Below are positions 44,533 to 53,267 of a stretch of 64,000 bases of DNA, in pieces. Below the pieces are notes generated by a model. The model did no database searches, was not told the origin of the DNA, and worked only from the letters and a program-made list of their open reading frames with translations. The position numbers were made by a program, and so were the translations under genes. The stretch spans positions 3,497-67,496 of the forward strand of contig JBJEZK010000007.1 of NCBI GenBank assembly GCA_051887355.1, read 5' to 3'. This stretch comes from Acutalibacteraceae bacterium (GTDB lineage: Bacteria; Bacillota; Clostridia; Oscillospirales; Acutalibacteraceae). Position 1 is the stretch's first letter, and every line of letters begins with the position of its first letter.

Positions 44533-45873
44533 ATGTCGAATCCCATAGTGGCGCTGGTCGGACGGCCGAATGTAGGAAAATCTACTTTGTTTAATAAGCT
44601 GATTGGTAAACGTGTTTCTATTGTTGACGATTCTGCAGGAGTGACTAGAGATAGAGTTTACGGTGAGTGTGAATGGAAAAATAGAAAGATATCTTTGATT
44701 GATACCGGAGGCATAGAAACTGCAAAAACCGATGATGTTATTCTTAGAGGAATGCGTCACCAGGCCATGCTCGCCATTGATGTTGCGGATGTGATTGTTT
44801 TTGTTGTTGACGTCAAGTCCGGGTTGGTTTCTTCCGATAAAGAAATTGCTTCGATGCTTACTAAATGCGGTAAGCCTGTGGTGGTTTGCGTCAATAAGTG
44901 TGATAATATCGGAAATGCTGATTTCAATTTTTATGAGTTTTACAATTTAGGATTGGGAGATCCTTTGCAGGTTTCGTCTGTGCACGGACATGGCACGGGT
45001 GATCTTTTGGATGAAATATTTAAGTATCTACCGGAGTATGAAGAAGAAGCGAACGAAGATGTAATTTCAGTTGCTGTTATAGGGAAGCCGAATGTTGGAA
45101 AATCTTCACTTGTAAATTATATTTCGGGTCAAGAAAGAAGCATAGTGTCGGACATTGCGGGCACTACGAGAGATACTATAGATACTTTGGTTTCAAATAA
45201 ACATGGAAAATTTAATTTTATAGATACAGCAGGGATCAGAAAAAAGAGTAAAATAACCGAAAAAATAGAAAAATATAGTATAATAAGAGCAAAATTAGCT
45301 ATAGAACGTGCAGATGTATGCGTTATCATGATAGATGCAAAAGAAGGCCCTACTGAGCAAGATACTAAAATTGCCGGACTTGCGCATGAAGCCGGAAAAG
45401 CTTCTGTTATACTGGTAAATAAATGGGATGCAATAGAGAAAGATAACAAAACAATGGACAAATTTATGGAAAAAATCAAGAAAGAATTTTTGTTTATGTC
45501 GTATGCTCCTATTGTGTTTGCTTCTGTTAAAACGGGTCAACGAATCGGAAATATTTTTGAAATTATTGTGAAAGTTGCAAATAATAATTCTATGAGAATT
45601 TCTACGGGTGTACTTAATGATATTTTATCTAGGAGTGTTGTAAAAACTCCTCCTCCTACTCATAAGGGCAAACGTCTTAAAATTTATTATATGACTCAGG
45701 TTGCTGTGACTCCTCCTACGTTTGTGTTTTTCGTTAATAAAGCGGAGCTGTTTCATTTTTCGTATCAGCACTATATCGAAAATAATTTGCGCAAAACATT
45801 TGGATTTGAGGGTACGCCGATAAGATTTATAATAAGAGAGAAATCCGAAAGAAATTTTGAGCGTAATATATGA
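44533..45873 (+). CDS. der: Ribosome-biogenesis GTPase Der (EngA)
   Basis: Tandem G domains ('GRPNVGKSTLFN' and 'GKPNVGKSSLVN') plus a KH-like C-terminus. Confidence 0.95.
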   Translation: MSNPIVALVGRPNVGKSTLFNKLIGKRVSIVDDSAGVTRDRVYGECEWKNRKISLIDTGGIETAKTDDVILRGMRHQAMLAIDVADVIVFVVDVKSGLVSSDKEIASMLTKCGKPVVVCVNKCDNIGNADFNFYEFYNLGLGDPLQVSSVHGHGTGDLLDEIFKYLPEYEEEANEDVISVAVIGKPNVGKSSLVNYISGQERSIVSDIAGTTRDTIDTLVSNKHGKFNFIDTAGIRKKSKITEKIEKYSIIRAKLAIERADVCVIMIDAKEGPTEQDTKIAGLAHEAGKASVILVNKWDAIEKDNKTMDKFMEKIKKEFLFMSYAPIVFASVKTGQRIGNIFEIIVKVANNNSMRISTGVLNDILSRSVVKTPPPTHKGKRLKIYYMTQVAVTPPTFVFFVNKAELFHFSYQHYIENNLRKTFGFEGTPIRFIIREKSERNFERNI

Positions 45874-45905
45874 ATTTGGCATTCTAAAAGGGGAATTTTT
45901 GGGTT

Positions 45906-46625
45906 ATGATATTAGAAATATTATCATATTATTGGCTGGCTATACTGTTTGTCGCAGCAGGCTCATATTTGATTGGTGGGATAAACGCTTCTATTTTAGT
46001 TACAAAATTTTGGAATTCCGGGCAGGATATTAGAACTATGGGAAGCGGAAACGCAGGTTTTACCAATGTATTGCGTACGCAAGGAATAAAAATGGGAGTG
46101 GCAACTTTTGCGATAGATTTTTTAAAGGGAATTATAGCCGTGTGGTTTTGTGAGATTGTGTTTTCAATTTTTCGTGTTAATTTAATGGGAAATAATTTTC
46201 CTATAGAAATTTTTTTGAAATACTTAACGTGTCTTATGTGCGTAATAGGTCATATGTTTCCTTGTTTTTTTGAATTTAAAGGCGGAAAGAGTATTTTGGT
46301 TACGTGGTCGAGTATGCTTCTCATTGATTGGAGAATATTTGTGATTTTGATATCGGTATTTTTAATTACTCTGTTTTTTACAAAAATCGTTTCTTTATCT
46401 TCTATAATTTCTGCGCTAATTTTACCGATTTCAGCCTTTGTGTGCAATTATTTTATAGATTATAAGCAGACCGGAAATATTTTGGTTATGTATATTCCTT
46501 TGATTTTTTGTGTTGTGATATCTACGCTCGTGATTGTTAAGCACCATGGGAATATTTTGAGAATAATAAAGGGCGAGGAAAAGAAATTAACTATAAACAA
46601 GAAATTTAAAGGAGATTTGATATGA
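45906..46625 (+). CDS. plsY: Glycerol-3-phosphate acyltransferase PlsY
   Basis: 'GSGNAGFTNVLR' and 'FKGGKS'. Polytopic. Conserved der-plsY order. Confidence 0.9.
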   Translation: MILEILSYYWLAILFVAAGSYLIGGINASILVTKFWNSGQDIRTMGSGNAGFTNVLRTQGIKMGVATFAIDFLKGIIAVWFCEIVFSIFRVNLMGNNFPIEIFLKYLTCLMCVIGHMFPCFFEFKGGKSILVTWSSMLLIDWRIFVILISVFLITLFFTKIVSLSSIISALILPISAFVCNYFIDYKQTGNILVMYIPLIFCVVISTLVIVKHHGNILRIIKGEEKKLTINKKFKGDLI

Positions 46626-47296
46626 AGTCTTATGTGATACACTTTGTCAGACATGGAATGACAGAGGCAAATGTAAAAGGTCAATATGCTGGTTCTTGGG
46701 ATGTTCCTATTTCTGATGAAGGAAAGAAAAAGCTTAAAAACTTAAAAAGCAAATATGAATATCCGGTTGCTCGGGAGTATTATTCAAGCCCACTTTCTCG
46801 TTGTATAGAAACTTGTGCTATAATATATCCGGAAGCAAAACCTATCGTCGTTGATGACCTTCGAGAATGTAATTTTGGAGATTGGGAGAAAAAAACTACC
46901 AAAGAATTATATTCTTATCCTGAATATTTAGAATGGATAAAAAATTCTAAGATTTCGCCTCCAAATGGAGAATCTTGGGATGATTTCTACAGGAGAATAT
47001 CAAATGCTTTCGAAAATATAGTAGAATCTTTGATGAAACGAGGCGTGACTTCTGCATGTGTATTTACTCATGGAGGAGTGATAATGTCGTTGATGGCCAT
47101 GTATGGTATACCTAGGGCTAAGCCTTTCGATTGGATGGTTGAAAATGGCTGTGGATATTCTATTAGGATTACTCCCGGACTTTGGATGAGAGACAAAGTT
47201 TTCGAAGTTTACCAAAAAATACCGCTTGGCTCAAATGAAGAAATAAGCGGAGAATTTAAAAATTTAATAGATAATTTAAAAGATAACAATGATTAA
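46622..47296 (+). CDS. Histidine phosphatase (phosphoglycerate mutase) family protein
   Basis: 'FVRHGMTEAN' RHG motif and a distal 'THGGV'. ATGA start/stop overlap with plsY. Confidence 0.85.
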   Translation: MKSYVIHFVRHGMTEANVKGQYAGSWDVPISDEGKKKLKNLKSKYEYPVAREYYSSPLSRCIETCAIIYPEAKPIVVDDLRECNFGDWEKKTTKELYSYPEYLEWIKNSKISPPNGESWDDFYRRISNAFENIVESLMKRGVTSACVFTHGGVIMSLMAMYGIPRAKPFDWMVENGCGYSIRITPGLWMRDKVFEVYQKIPLGSNEEISGEFKNLIDNLKDNND

Positions 47297-47311
47297 AAAG
47301 GAAGTATAAAA

Positions 47312-49129
47312 ATGAGTGATTCAAGTAATTTAAGGAATGTAGCAATAATTGCACATGTTGACCATGGTAAAACAACTTTGGTTGATCAAATGCTTAAACA
47401 AAGCGGAATTTTTCGTTCCAACGAAAGTGTTGCGGAGCGTGTTATGGATTCAGGTGACCTGGAGAGGGAGCGTGGAATTACAATTTTATCTAAAAATACT
47501 GCCGTTATGTACAAAAATACTAAAATTAATATAGTTGATACTCCTGGACACGCAGATTTTGGAGGAGAAGTAGAAAGAATACTTTTGATGGTTGATGGGG
47601 TATTGCTTTTGGTTGATGCTTTTGAAGGTTGTATGCCCCAAACAAGATTTGTGTTGAAAAAAGCTCTTAAACTAGGTAAAAAGCCTATAGTTGTGGTAAA
47701 TAAGATTGATAGACCCGGTGCCAGACCGGACGAAGTTGTTGATGAAGTTTTAGATTTATTTATCGAACTTGGAGCCGATGAGGAACAAATAGAATTTCCT
47801 GTTGTGTACGCTTCGGGAAGAAATGGGTATGCTTTCACGGACGAAAGTGATGAAAAAAACGACCTAAAACCATTATTTGAAACAATTGTTAATGAGGTTC
47901 CTGCACCGAAAGGCGATAAAAATGGTTCTCTTCAAGTTCTTATTTCAAACATAGATTATGACGAATATATTGGGCGTATTGGCGTTGGAAGAGTTGAGCG
48001 AGGAAGTATAAAAGCCGGGCAAAACGTTGTCAGATGTACCAACGATGGAGTAAATAAAAACATTAGAATAGGAAAAATATATAAATTTGAAGGTTTGAAA
48101 AGAGTTGAAGCTGAAACTGCCGAACTTGGTGAAATTATTTCTGTTTCAGGTGTAGAAGGTTTAAATATCGGCGAAACTCTTTGTGATCCTTCAAATGTAG
48201 AGCCGTTGCCGTTTGTAAAGATAGATGAGCCTACAGTTTCTATGAATTTTATGGTGAATAATAGTCCTTTTGCAGGGCGTGAAGGAAAATTCGTTACTTC
48301 TCGAAACATAAGGGACAGACTTTTTAAAGAAGTGGAAACGAATGTTTCCATGAGAGTGGAAGAAACTGATTCGGCAGATACGTTTAAAGTTTCGGGTAGG
48401 GGAGAACTTCATCTTTCTATCCTTATCGAAACTATGCGTAGAGAAGGTTATGAATTCCAAGTTTCAAGACCTCAAGTAATTATGAAAGAAATAGATGGCG
48501 TTTTATGTGAACCGATTGAAATTTTGACGGTTGAAGTTCCTGAAGAGTATGTTGGAGCCGTAATAGAAAAAATAGGGGCAAGAAAAGCCGAAATGGTTAA
48601 CATGACCCCGAAAGATAGCGGAACGACGCTAATTGAATTCAGAGTTCCTTCGAGAGGAATAATAGGTTATCGTTCGGAATTTTTAACGGATACAAACGGA
48701 AAAGGAATTTTAAATCAGGTTTTTGATTCGTATGAACCTTATAAAGGTGAAATTGTTCAGCGCAGACACGGTTCTTTAGTAGCTCACGAAACGGGAGTTT
48801 CAACCGGCTACGGATTGTTTGCGGCACAAGACAGAGGCCGGTTATTTATAGGCCCCGGTGTTGATGTGTATGAGGGCATGGTTGTTGGGTCCACCCCCAA
48901 GGCCGAGGATATCACGGTAAACGTTTGCAAGAAAAAGCACGTCACAAATATGCGTGCATCGGGTTCCGATGAAGCTTTGAAATTGACACCTCACAGCGTT
49001 TTGAGCTTGGAACAATCCATCGAATTTATAGACGATGACGAATACCTGGAAGTTACTCCGAAGAGTATAAGAATAAGAAAAAGAATATTGGATAAGACCA
49101 TGAGATTAAGAAGCAAAGTTAATAAATAA
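47312..49129 (+). CDS. typA: Translational GTPase TypA/BipA
   Basis: 'AHVDHGKTTLVD', 'DTPGHADFGGEVER', 'NKIDR'. 605 aa. Confidence 0.95.
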   Translation: MSDSSNLRNVAIIAHVDHGKTTLVDQMLKQSGIFRSNESVAERVMDSGDLERERGITILSKNTAVMYKNTKINIVDTPGHADFGGEVERILLMVDGVLLLVDAFEGCMPQTRFVLKKALKLGKKPIVVVNKIDRPGARPDEVVDEVLDLFIELGADEEQIEFPVVYASGRNGYAFTDESDEKNDLKPLFETIVNEVPAPKGDKNGSLQVLISNIDYDEYIGRIGVGRVERGSIKAGQNVVRCTNDGVNKNIRIGKIYKFEGLKRVEAETAELGEIISVSGVEGLNIGETLCDPSNVEPLPFVKIDEPTVSMNFMVNNSPFAGREGKFVTSRNIRDRLFKEVETNVSMRVEETDSADTFKVSGRGELHLSILIETMRREGYEFQVSRPQVIMKEIDGVLCEPIEILTVEVPEEYVGAVIEKIGARKAEMVNMTPKDSGTTLIEFRVPSRGIIGYRSEFLTDTNGKGILNQVFDSYEPYKGEIVQRRHGSLVAHETGVSTGYGLFAAQDRGRLFIGPGVDVYEGMVVGSTPKAEDITVNVCKKKHVTNMRASGSDEALKLTPHSVLSLEQSIEFIDDDEYLEVTPKSIRIRKRILDKTMRLRSKVNK

Positions 49130-49136
49130 TTTGACT

Positions 49137-49176
49137 GCATCCACGAGTTAATTGTGGGTGCTTTTTATTTTTTTAT
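49137..49176 (+). terminator. Rho-independent terminator of typA
   Basis: GCATCCAC / GTGGGTGC stem followed by TTTTTATTTTTTT. Confidence 0.85.
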
Positions 49177-49195
49177 AAAAATATACAAAAAACAC

Positions 49196-49222
49196 TTGAC
49201 AATATATATATATATATATAAT
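49196..49222 (+). promoter_or_regulatory. Promoter whose spacer and -10 region consist of an (AT)n microsatellite
   Basis: TTGACA at 49196-49201, then the AT tract, ending in TATAAT at 49217-49222. The spacer is 15 nt as sequenced. Confidence 0.5.
49202..49220. repeat. (AT)9.5 dinucleotide microsatellite
   Basis: A 19-nt uninterrupted ATATAT... tract. Confidence 0.95.
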
Positions 49223-49255
49223 GAACACATAAATCTTATGAAAGAGGTGTTCAAA

Positions 49256-50248
49256 ATGAGTATAGTTGATCCAATTGATAACGCTGAAAGACAATTAAGT
49301 TTATTAAGAAAAAATATAAAGAAAAGAGCGGTAGCACATAGCAAAAAAGGTAAGGTAATTTTGAAAATATATAATGCCGCCGGTAAATGTTCATATAAAA
49401 ATATTAGTTGTTGTACCAACCCGTATATAGATCTGTGTGATAAACTGAAATTGCTTACTAAAGAAATTGACAAAGCTTTGAAAATTAAAGATTTATATTC
49501 GGAAAATTTGAAAAAAGTAAACAATTTTTTTAAAAATGCTTTAAAAAACTTAAAACCATATTCAAAGACACTGAGTGAATTTGTTAAATTCGAAGCAATA
49601 AAAAAATTTGATGAAAAAGAATGTAGTGCAACCTTGAATACAATGAAGAATTTTACAGATAATTTTGATAGCTCATTGAATTGGATTGAGCGGTATCAAC
49701 ATAGTGAAGATGCTAACAAATTCGATGATGAATATAGTAAAATTTTTAAGGGCAACAATGATGTGAACACTACAGATGTGGACACTATATTTGAAAAAAA
49801 GAAAAATGAATTGAAGAAAATTGTAGAGTCATTTTTAGATAAAGTATTTTGTGTAATAAAATATTTTAGATATGCATGTAAGTTATATTTAGACAGAAAG
49901 CGAAGTGAAAATAAAGAATCTGATAGGGTGAATTCTAAGTCTCTTAGCGAGGCTTTGTTGAAATTGAAAAAAGCAGCAGAAGAAAATTTAGAATGTTCGA
50001 GCATTTCTTTTATAAGAATAAAAAATGGGCAACAAAAAAATGCCGAAGTAATAAAAGAAGTAATAAAAAAAGAAATACTAGGTGAAATAAACGGATGCGA
50101 AAAAACATTGTCGCTTTTTTCTGGCGGAAAAAGGATAAATAGTTTTGGAAAATATTTTAACAAAAGCGATTTTAAAAAATTTAAATTAGCACTTAATAAT
50201 TTGAAAAAGTATCTAAATGATTTTAAAATGAAAGTGGCGCAAATATAA
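49256..50248 (+). CDS. Hypothetical Lys-rich, predicted all-helical protein (330 aa)
   Basis: AGAGGTG RBS 6 nt before the ATG at 49256. No TM segment or signal peptide. No motif I recognise. Confidence 0.6.
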   Translation: MSIVDPIDNAERQLSLLRKNIKKRAVAHSKKGKVILKIYNAAGKCSYKNISCCTNPYIDLCDKLKLLTKEIDKALKIKDLYSENLKKVNNFFKNALKNLKPYSKTLSEFVKFEAIKKFDEKECSATLNTMKNFTDNFDSSLNWIERYQHSEDANKFDDEYSKIFKGNNDVNTTDVDTIFEKKKNELKKIVESFLDKVFCVIKYFRYACKLYLDRKRSENKESDRVNSKSLSEALLKLKKAAEENLECSSISFIRIKNGQQKNAEVIKEVIKKEILGEINGCEKTLSLFSGGKRINSFGKYFNKSDFKKFKLALNNLKKYLNDFKMKVAQI

Positions 50249-50261
50249 GAACAAAAAATAG

Positions 50262-50290
50262 TTGATTAAAAAAAAATAATATGTTATAAT
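50262..50290 (+). promoter_or_regulatory. Sigma-A promoter of rplS
   Basis: TTGATT, 17 nt spacer, TATAAT, with an extended -10 TG. Confidence 0.65.
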
Positions 50291-50388
50291 ACTCCATATG
50301 TGGGCATAGTATTGCTTGCAGATATTTAAATATCAGCATTCCTCTGCTTTAAGACTTGAGCACGAATGTATAGATTTTGGAGGAAATT
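50291..50388 (+). promoter_or_regulatory. Structured rplS 5' leader; candidate L19 autoregulatory leader
   Basis: About 98-nt untranslated leader containing the GCAGATATT/AATATCAGC hairpin. L19 leader elements are described for low-GC Gram-positive bacteria. The fold was not verified. Confidence 0.35.
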
Positions 50389-50733
50389 ATGGATTTACTA
50401 AAAAAAATTTCAGAGTCTTCATTAAAAGAAACATTGCCTGAGTTTAATGTTGGTGATACAGTAAAGGTAGATGTAAAAATTAAAGAAGGCGAAAGAGAAA
50501 GAATTCAGGTCTTTGAAGGAACTGTTATTGCTAAAAAAGGAAGCGGAATCGCTCAAACTTTTACAGTGAGAAAAGTTTCTTATGGTTTTGGAGTAGAAAG
50601 AATTTTTCCACTTCATTCCCCGAGCGTGAGCGACGTTAAAGTTGTAAGAAAAGGTCGTGTACGCAGAAGCAAGCTTTACTATTTGAGAGATCGTGTAGGA
50701 AAAGCAGCAAAAGTCAAAGAGAAAATTGTTTAA
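50389..50733 (+). CDS. rplS: 50S ribosomal protein L19
   Basis: '[36 protein letters not shown]'. ATG after GGAGGA. Confidence 0.97.
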   Translation: MDLLKKISESSLKETLPEFNVGDTVKVDVKIKEGERERIQVFEGTVIAKKGSGIAQTFTVRKVSYGFGVERIFPLHSPSVSDVKVVRKGRVRRSKLYYLRDRVGKAAKVKEKIV

Positions 50734-50737
50734 CAAC

Positions 50738-50759
50738 AAGGGGGATTATCCCTCTTTTT
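50738..50759 (+). terminator. Hairpin plus T-run after rplS (terminator or attenuator before the lepB genes)
   Basis: AAGGGGGA / TCCCTCTT stem with a 3-nt loop, followed by TTT. Confidence 0.5.
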
Positions 50760-50804
50760 GTTGTGTATAACAAAAATAATTAGTTGTGTAAAGGAGTGTT
50801 GCGT

Positions 50805-51401
50805 ATGTACGGATGGGGAAAAAAAACAGATAATAATGTTTCTGAAATTAAAAAAAATTCACATAAAAATCCTGCCGGAGAGTTTTCGGCATTTTGTTTC
50901 GAGTGGCTGGAGTCGGTAATTCAAGCTATAATTTTGGTCGTATTCCTGATGACTTTTATTTTTCGATATATGAGTGTTGTCGGAGATTCTATGCGTGAAA
51001 CTTTGCACGACGGAGATAAGTTAATTGTTTCGAGATGGAATTATACTCCTGATAATGGAGATATAATTGCAATAAGCCGTGGTCAGCAGATAAATAAACC
51101 TATAATAAAAAGGGTGATAGCAACTGAAGGCCAGACTCTCAACATTGATTTTTCGACCGGAACAGTTATTGTAGACGGCTCGGTTGTTGATGAATCGTAT
51201 ATCCGGGAGCCTATGACAACTCGTGGAGATGCTGAAATACCTAGTGTCATTCCTAAGGGATATACTTTTGTAATGGGGGACAATCGAAATTATTCTGCCG
51301 ACAGCAGGTACAAAGAAGTTGGTTTGATTGACAATAGAAATATAATAGGTAAAGCTGTTTTTAGAATTTTTCCATTCAGTAAGGTAGGATATATTAGTTA
51401 A
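50805..51401 (+). CDS. lepB: Signal peptidase I (copy 1)
   Basis: TM anchor. Catalytic 'GDSMRETL', 'IKRVIATEGQ' and 'GDNRNYSADSR'. Confidence 0.93.
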   Translation: MYGWGKKTDNNVSEIKKNSHKNPAGEFSAFCFEWLESVIQAIILVVFLMTFIFRYMSVVGDSMRETLHDGDKLIVSRWNYTPDNGDIIAISRGQQINKPIIKRVIATEGQTLNIDFSTGTVIVDGSVVDESYIREPMTTRGDAEIPSVIPKGYTFVMGDNRNYSADSRYKEVGLIDNRNIIGKAVFRIFPFSKVGYIS

Positions 51402-51408
51402 ATTTTAG

Positions 51409-52008
51409 TTGAAGGGTAGAGTAGTGTTGCACGGATTAGACGAAAATATTGATGATAGAAATTGTAAATTTGTTAATCCTGCAGGTAAGTTTTCTTCGTT
51501 TTTCTTTGAGTGGCTGGAGTGCATCATTCAAGCAGTCATTTTGATAGTGATTTTGATGACATTTGTTTTTAGGATAGTTACCGTTGAAGGCGAGTCTATG
51601 CGAGATACTTTGTATAGTGGGGACAGACTTGTAGTTTGGAGATGGAATTATGTTCCGAAAGATGGAGATATTGTTGTTATTTCTCGGGGGCAATTCGTTG
51701 ATAAGCCAATAATAAAGAGAGTTATAGCAACGGAAGGCCAGACGCTTGAGATTAATTTTTCAGACGGAAAAGTTAAAGTTGACGGGAAAATTTTAGACGA
51801 AAAATATATTAAAGAACCTATGTGGTTACAGGGTGATGCCGATATTCCTTATGTAATTCCCAAAGGATATAGCTTTGTAATGGGTGATAATAGAAATCGT
51901 TCTGCGGACAGCAGATTTGTGGAAGTCGGTTTGATACCTAACCAAAATATAGTGGGGAAAGCGGATTTTAGAATTTTTCCATTTAAATGTGTGGGAAGAG
52001 TTTATTGA
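51409..52008 (+). CDS. lepB: Signal peptidase I (copy 2, tandem paralogue)
   Basis: Same architecture as copy 1: 'GESMRDTL', 'IKRVIATEGQ', 'GDNRNRSADSR'. TTG start; the exact start is uncertain. Confidence 0.9.
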   Translation: MKGRVVLHGLDENIDDRNCKFVNPAGKFSSFFFEWLECIIQAVILIVILMTFVFRIVTVEGESMRDTLYSGDRLVVWRWNYVPKDGDIVVISRGQFVDKPIIKRVIATEGQTLEINFSDGKVKVDGKILDEKYIKEPMWLQGDADIPYVIPKGYSFVMGDNRNRSADSRFVEVGLIPNQNIVGKADFRIFPFKCVGRVY

Positions 52009-52156
52009 TTTCATGGCAAAAAATTTTTGAACTTACTGTTTCTAATGTGAGATAGTTGCACGAAAAAAATAATAATTCAAGCAGTTGCCTAGAAATATTG
52101 ATTAAATGTAAAATAAATTTTGAGAAATAAAATAATTTATATTTGATAGTGGTGTT

Positions 52157-52186
52157 AAAACCGGCTGAAAATCAGCTGGTTTTTTG
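52157..52186 (+). terminator. Rho-independent terminator about 150 nt downstream of lepB copy 2
   Basis: ACCGGCTGA / TCAGCTGGT stem (9 bp with one G-T pair) followed by TTTTT. Confidence 0.75.
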
Positions 52187-52250
52187 TGTAATCACAAATT
52201 TTTAAAGCACGTAATACATTAATAATATAGCTAATTTAGTTGGTGATGCT

Positions 52251-53237
52251 ATGAAAAAATTATTAGTGTTTATTAGTGCTTTTTTTATGCTCTGCTTTCA
52301 AGGATGCAAATTAAACACTTTCGAATCTAAAGTAAAAAAAGTAAAGCTTAACGAAGTTACACGGTCTATTTTCTACGCCCCACAGTATGTTGCAATGGAA
52401 CTTGGATATTTTAAAGAAGAAAATATTGATATTGAATTGGTTACCGGAGAAGGCTCCGACAAAACCATGACTTCGATTTTATCTTCTCAAGCGGATATAG
52501 GGCTTTTGGGCTCATCTTCTGTAATAAGTGTATGTGAACATGGGAAGGAACATTGCCCTATGATTTTTGCGCAACTTACTAAAAAAGATGGAAGTTTTTT
52601 GGTTGGAAGAGAGAATAATTTCGACTGGAATGATTTGAGAGGTAAAAGAATTATCGCCGGACGCAAAGGCGGAGTTCCCGAAATGGTGTTTGAGTACATT
52701 TTAAAAAGCAAAGGTTTTGATATAAACAAAGATCTTGTTTTATTAAATAATATACAGTTTAATTTGATGGGAATGGCGTTTAGTCGGGGCGTGGGAGATT
52801 ATGTTTTGTTATTTGAGCCTACATCTTCAACTCTAATTAAGGAAAAAGGATTTTATAAACTGAAATCATTGGGTAAAGAATGCCAAAATATGGTTTATAC
52901 GTGCTATTGCGCTTCGGAAGAATACATTAATAATAATCCGCAGACTATTTTTAAATTTACGAGGGCGATTTATAGGGCCCAATTGTGGGTTGCGAGTCAT
53001 TCTGCAGATGAAATAGCAAATTTGATACTTCCATACTTTATAGACCTTGATTATAATTTGGCAAAAGAATGTGTAAAAAATTACTTGGAATCAGAAGTGT
53101 GGTCTTCGACGCCGGTGATAAATCCTGAAGAATTTGATTTAATTCAAGATGTGATGATTCAGGCGGGTGAATTAGGTGCTAAGATAGACATGAAAAAATT
53201 GGTAAATAACAATTATTCTATGGAAGTGGTGAATTGA
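52251..53237 (+). CDS. ABC transporter substrate-binding lipoprotein (NMT1/THI5-like, NitT/TauT family)
   Basis: Lipobox 'CFQGC'. 'SIFYAPQYVAMELGYFKEENIDIEL' is typical of this SBP family. Confidence 0.8.
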   Translation: MKKLLVFISAFFMLCFQGCKLNTFESKVKKVKLNEVTRSIFYAPQYVAMELGYFKEENIDIELVTGEGSDKTMTSILSSQADIGLLGSSSVISVCEHGKEHCPMIFAQLTKKDGSFLVGRENNFDWNDLRGKRIIAGRKGGVPEMVFEYILKSKGFDINKDLVLLNNIQFNLMGMAFSRGVGDYVLLFEPTSSTLIKEKGFYKLKSLGKECQNMVYTCYCASEEYINNNPQTIFKFTRAIYRAQLWVASHSADEIANLILPYFIDLDYNLAKECVKNYLESEVWSSTPVINPEEFDLIQDVMIQAGELGAKIDMKKLVNNNYSMEVVN

Positions 53238-53267
53238 CTAGGTTAAAAACAGAAAGGAGTATTTAAT

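Noticed and set aside
47386-47838. 150-aa minus-strand ORF inside typA. The ORFs at 47956-48351 and 48191-48460 are of the same kind.
   Set aside because: These are shadow ORFs opposite a highly conserved GTPase gene. Their Ser/Thr/Pro-rich translations carry no motif.
49165-50163. Minus-strand ORFs of 119 and 155 aa opposite the Lys-rich 330-aa gene
   Set aside because: Only the plus-strand ORF has a promoter, an RBS and a flanking terminator. The minus-strand ORFs are Phe/Ser/Leu-rich shadows of a Lys/Glu/Asn-rich gene.
52009-52250. Looked for a TPP or other riboswitch ahead of the NMT1/THI5-like ABC importer
   Set aside because: No CUGAGA or ACCUGA THI-box elements are present. The only strong structure is a terminator hairpin that fits better as the end of the upstream unit.
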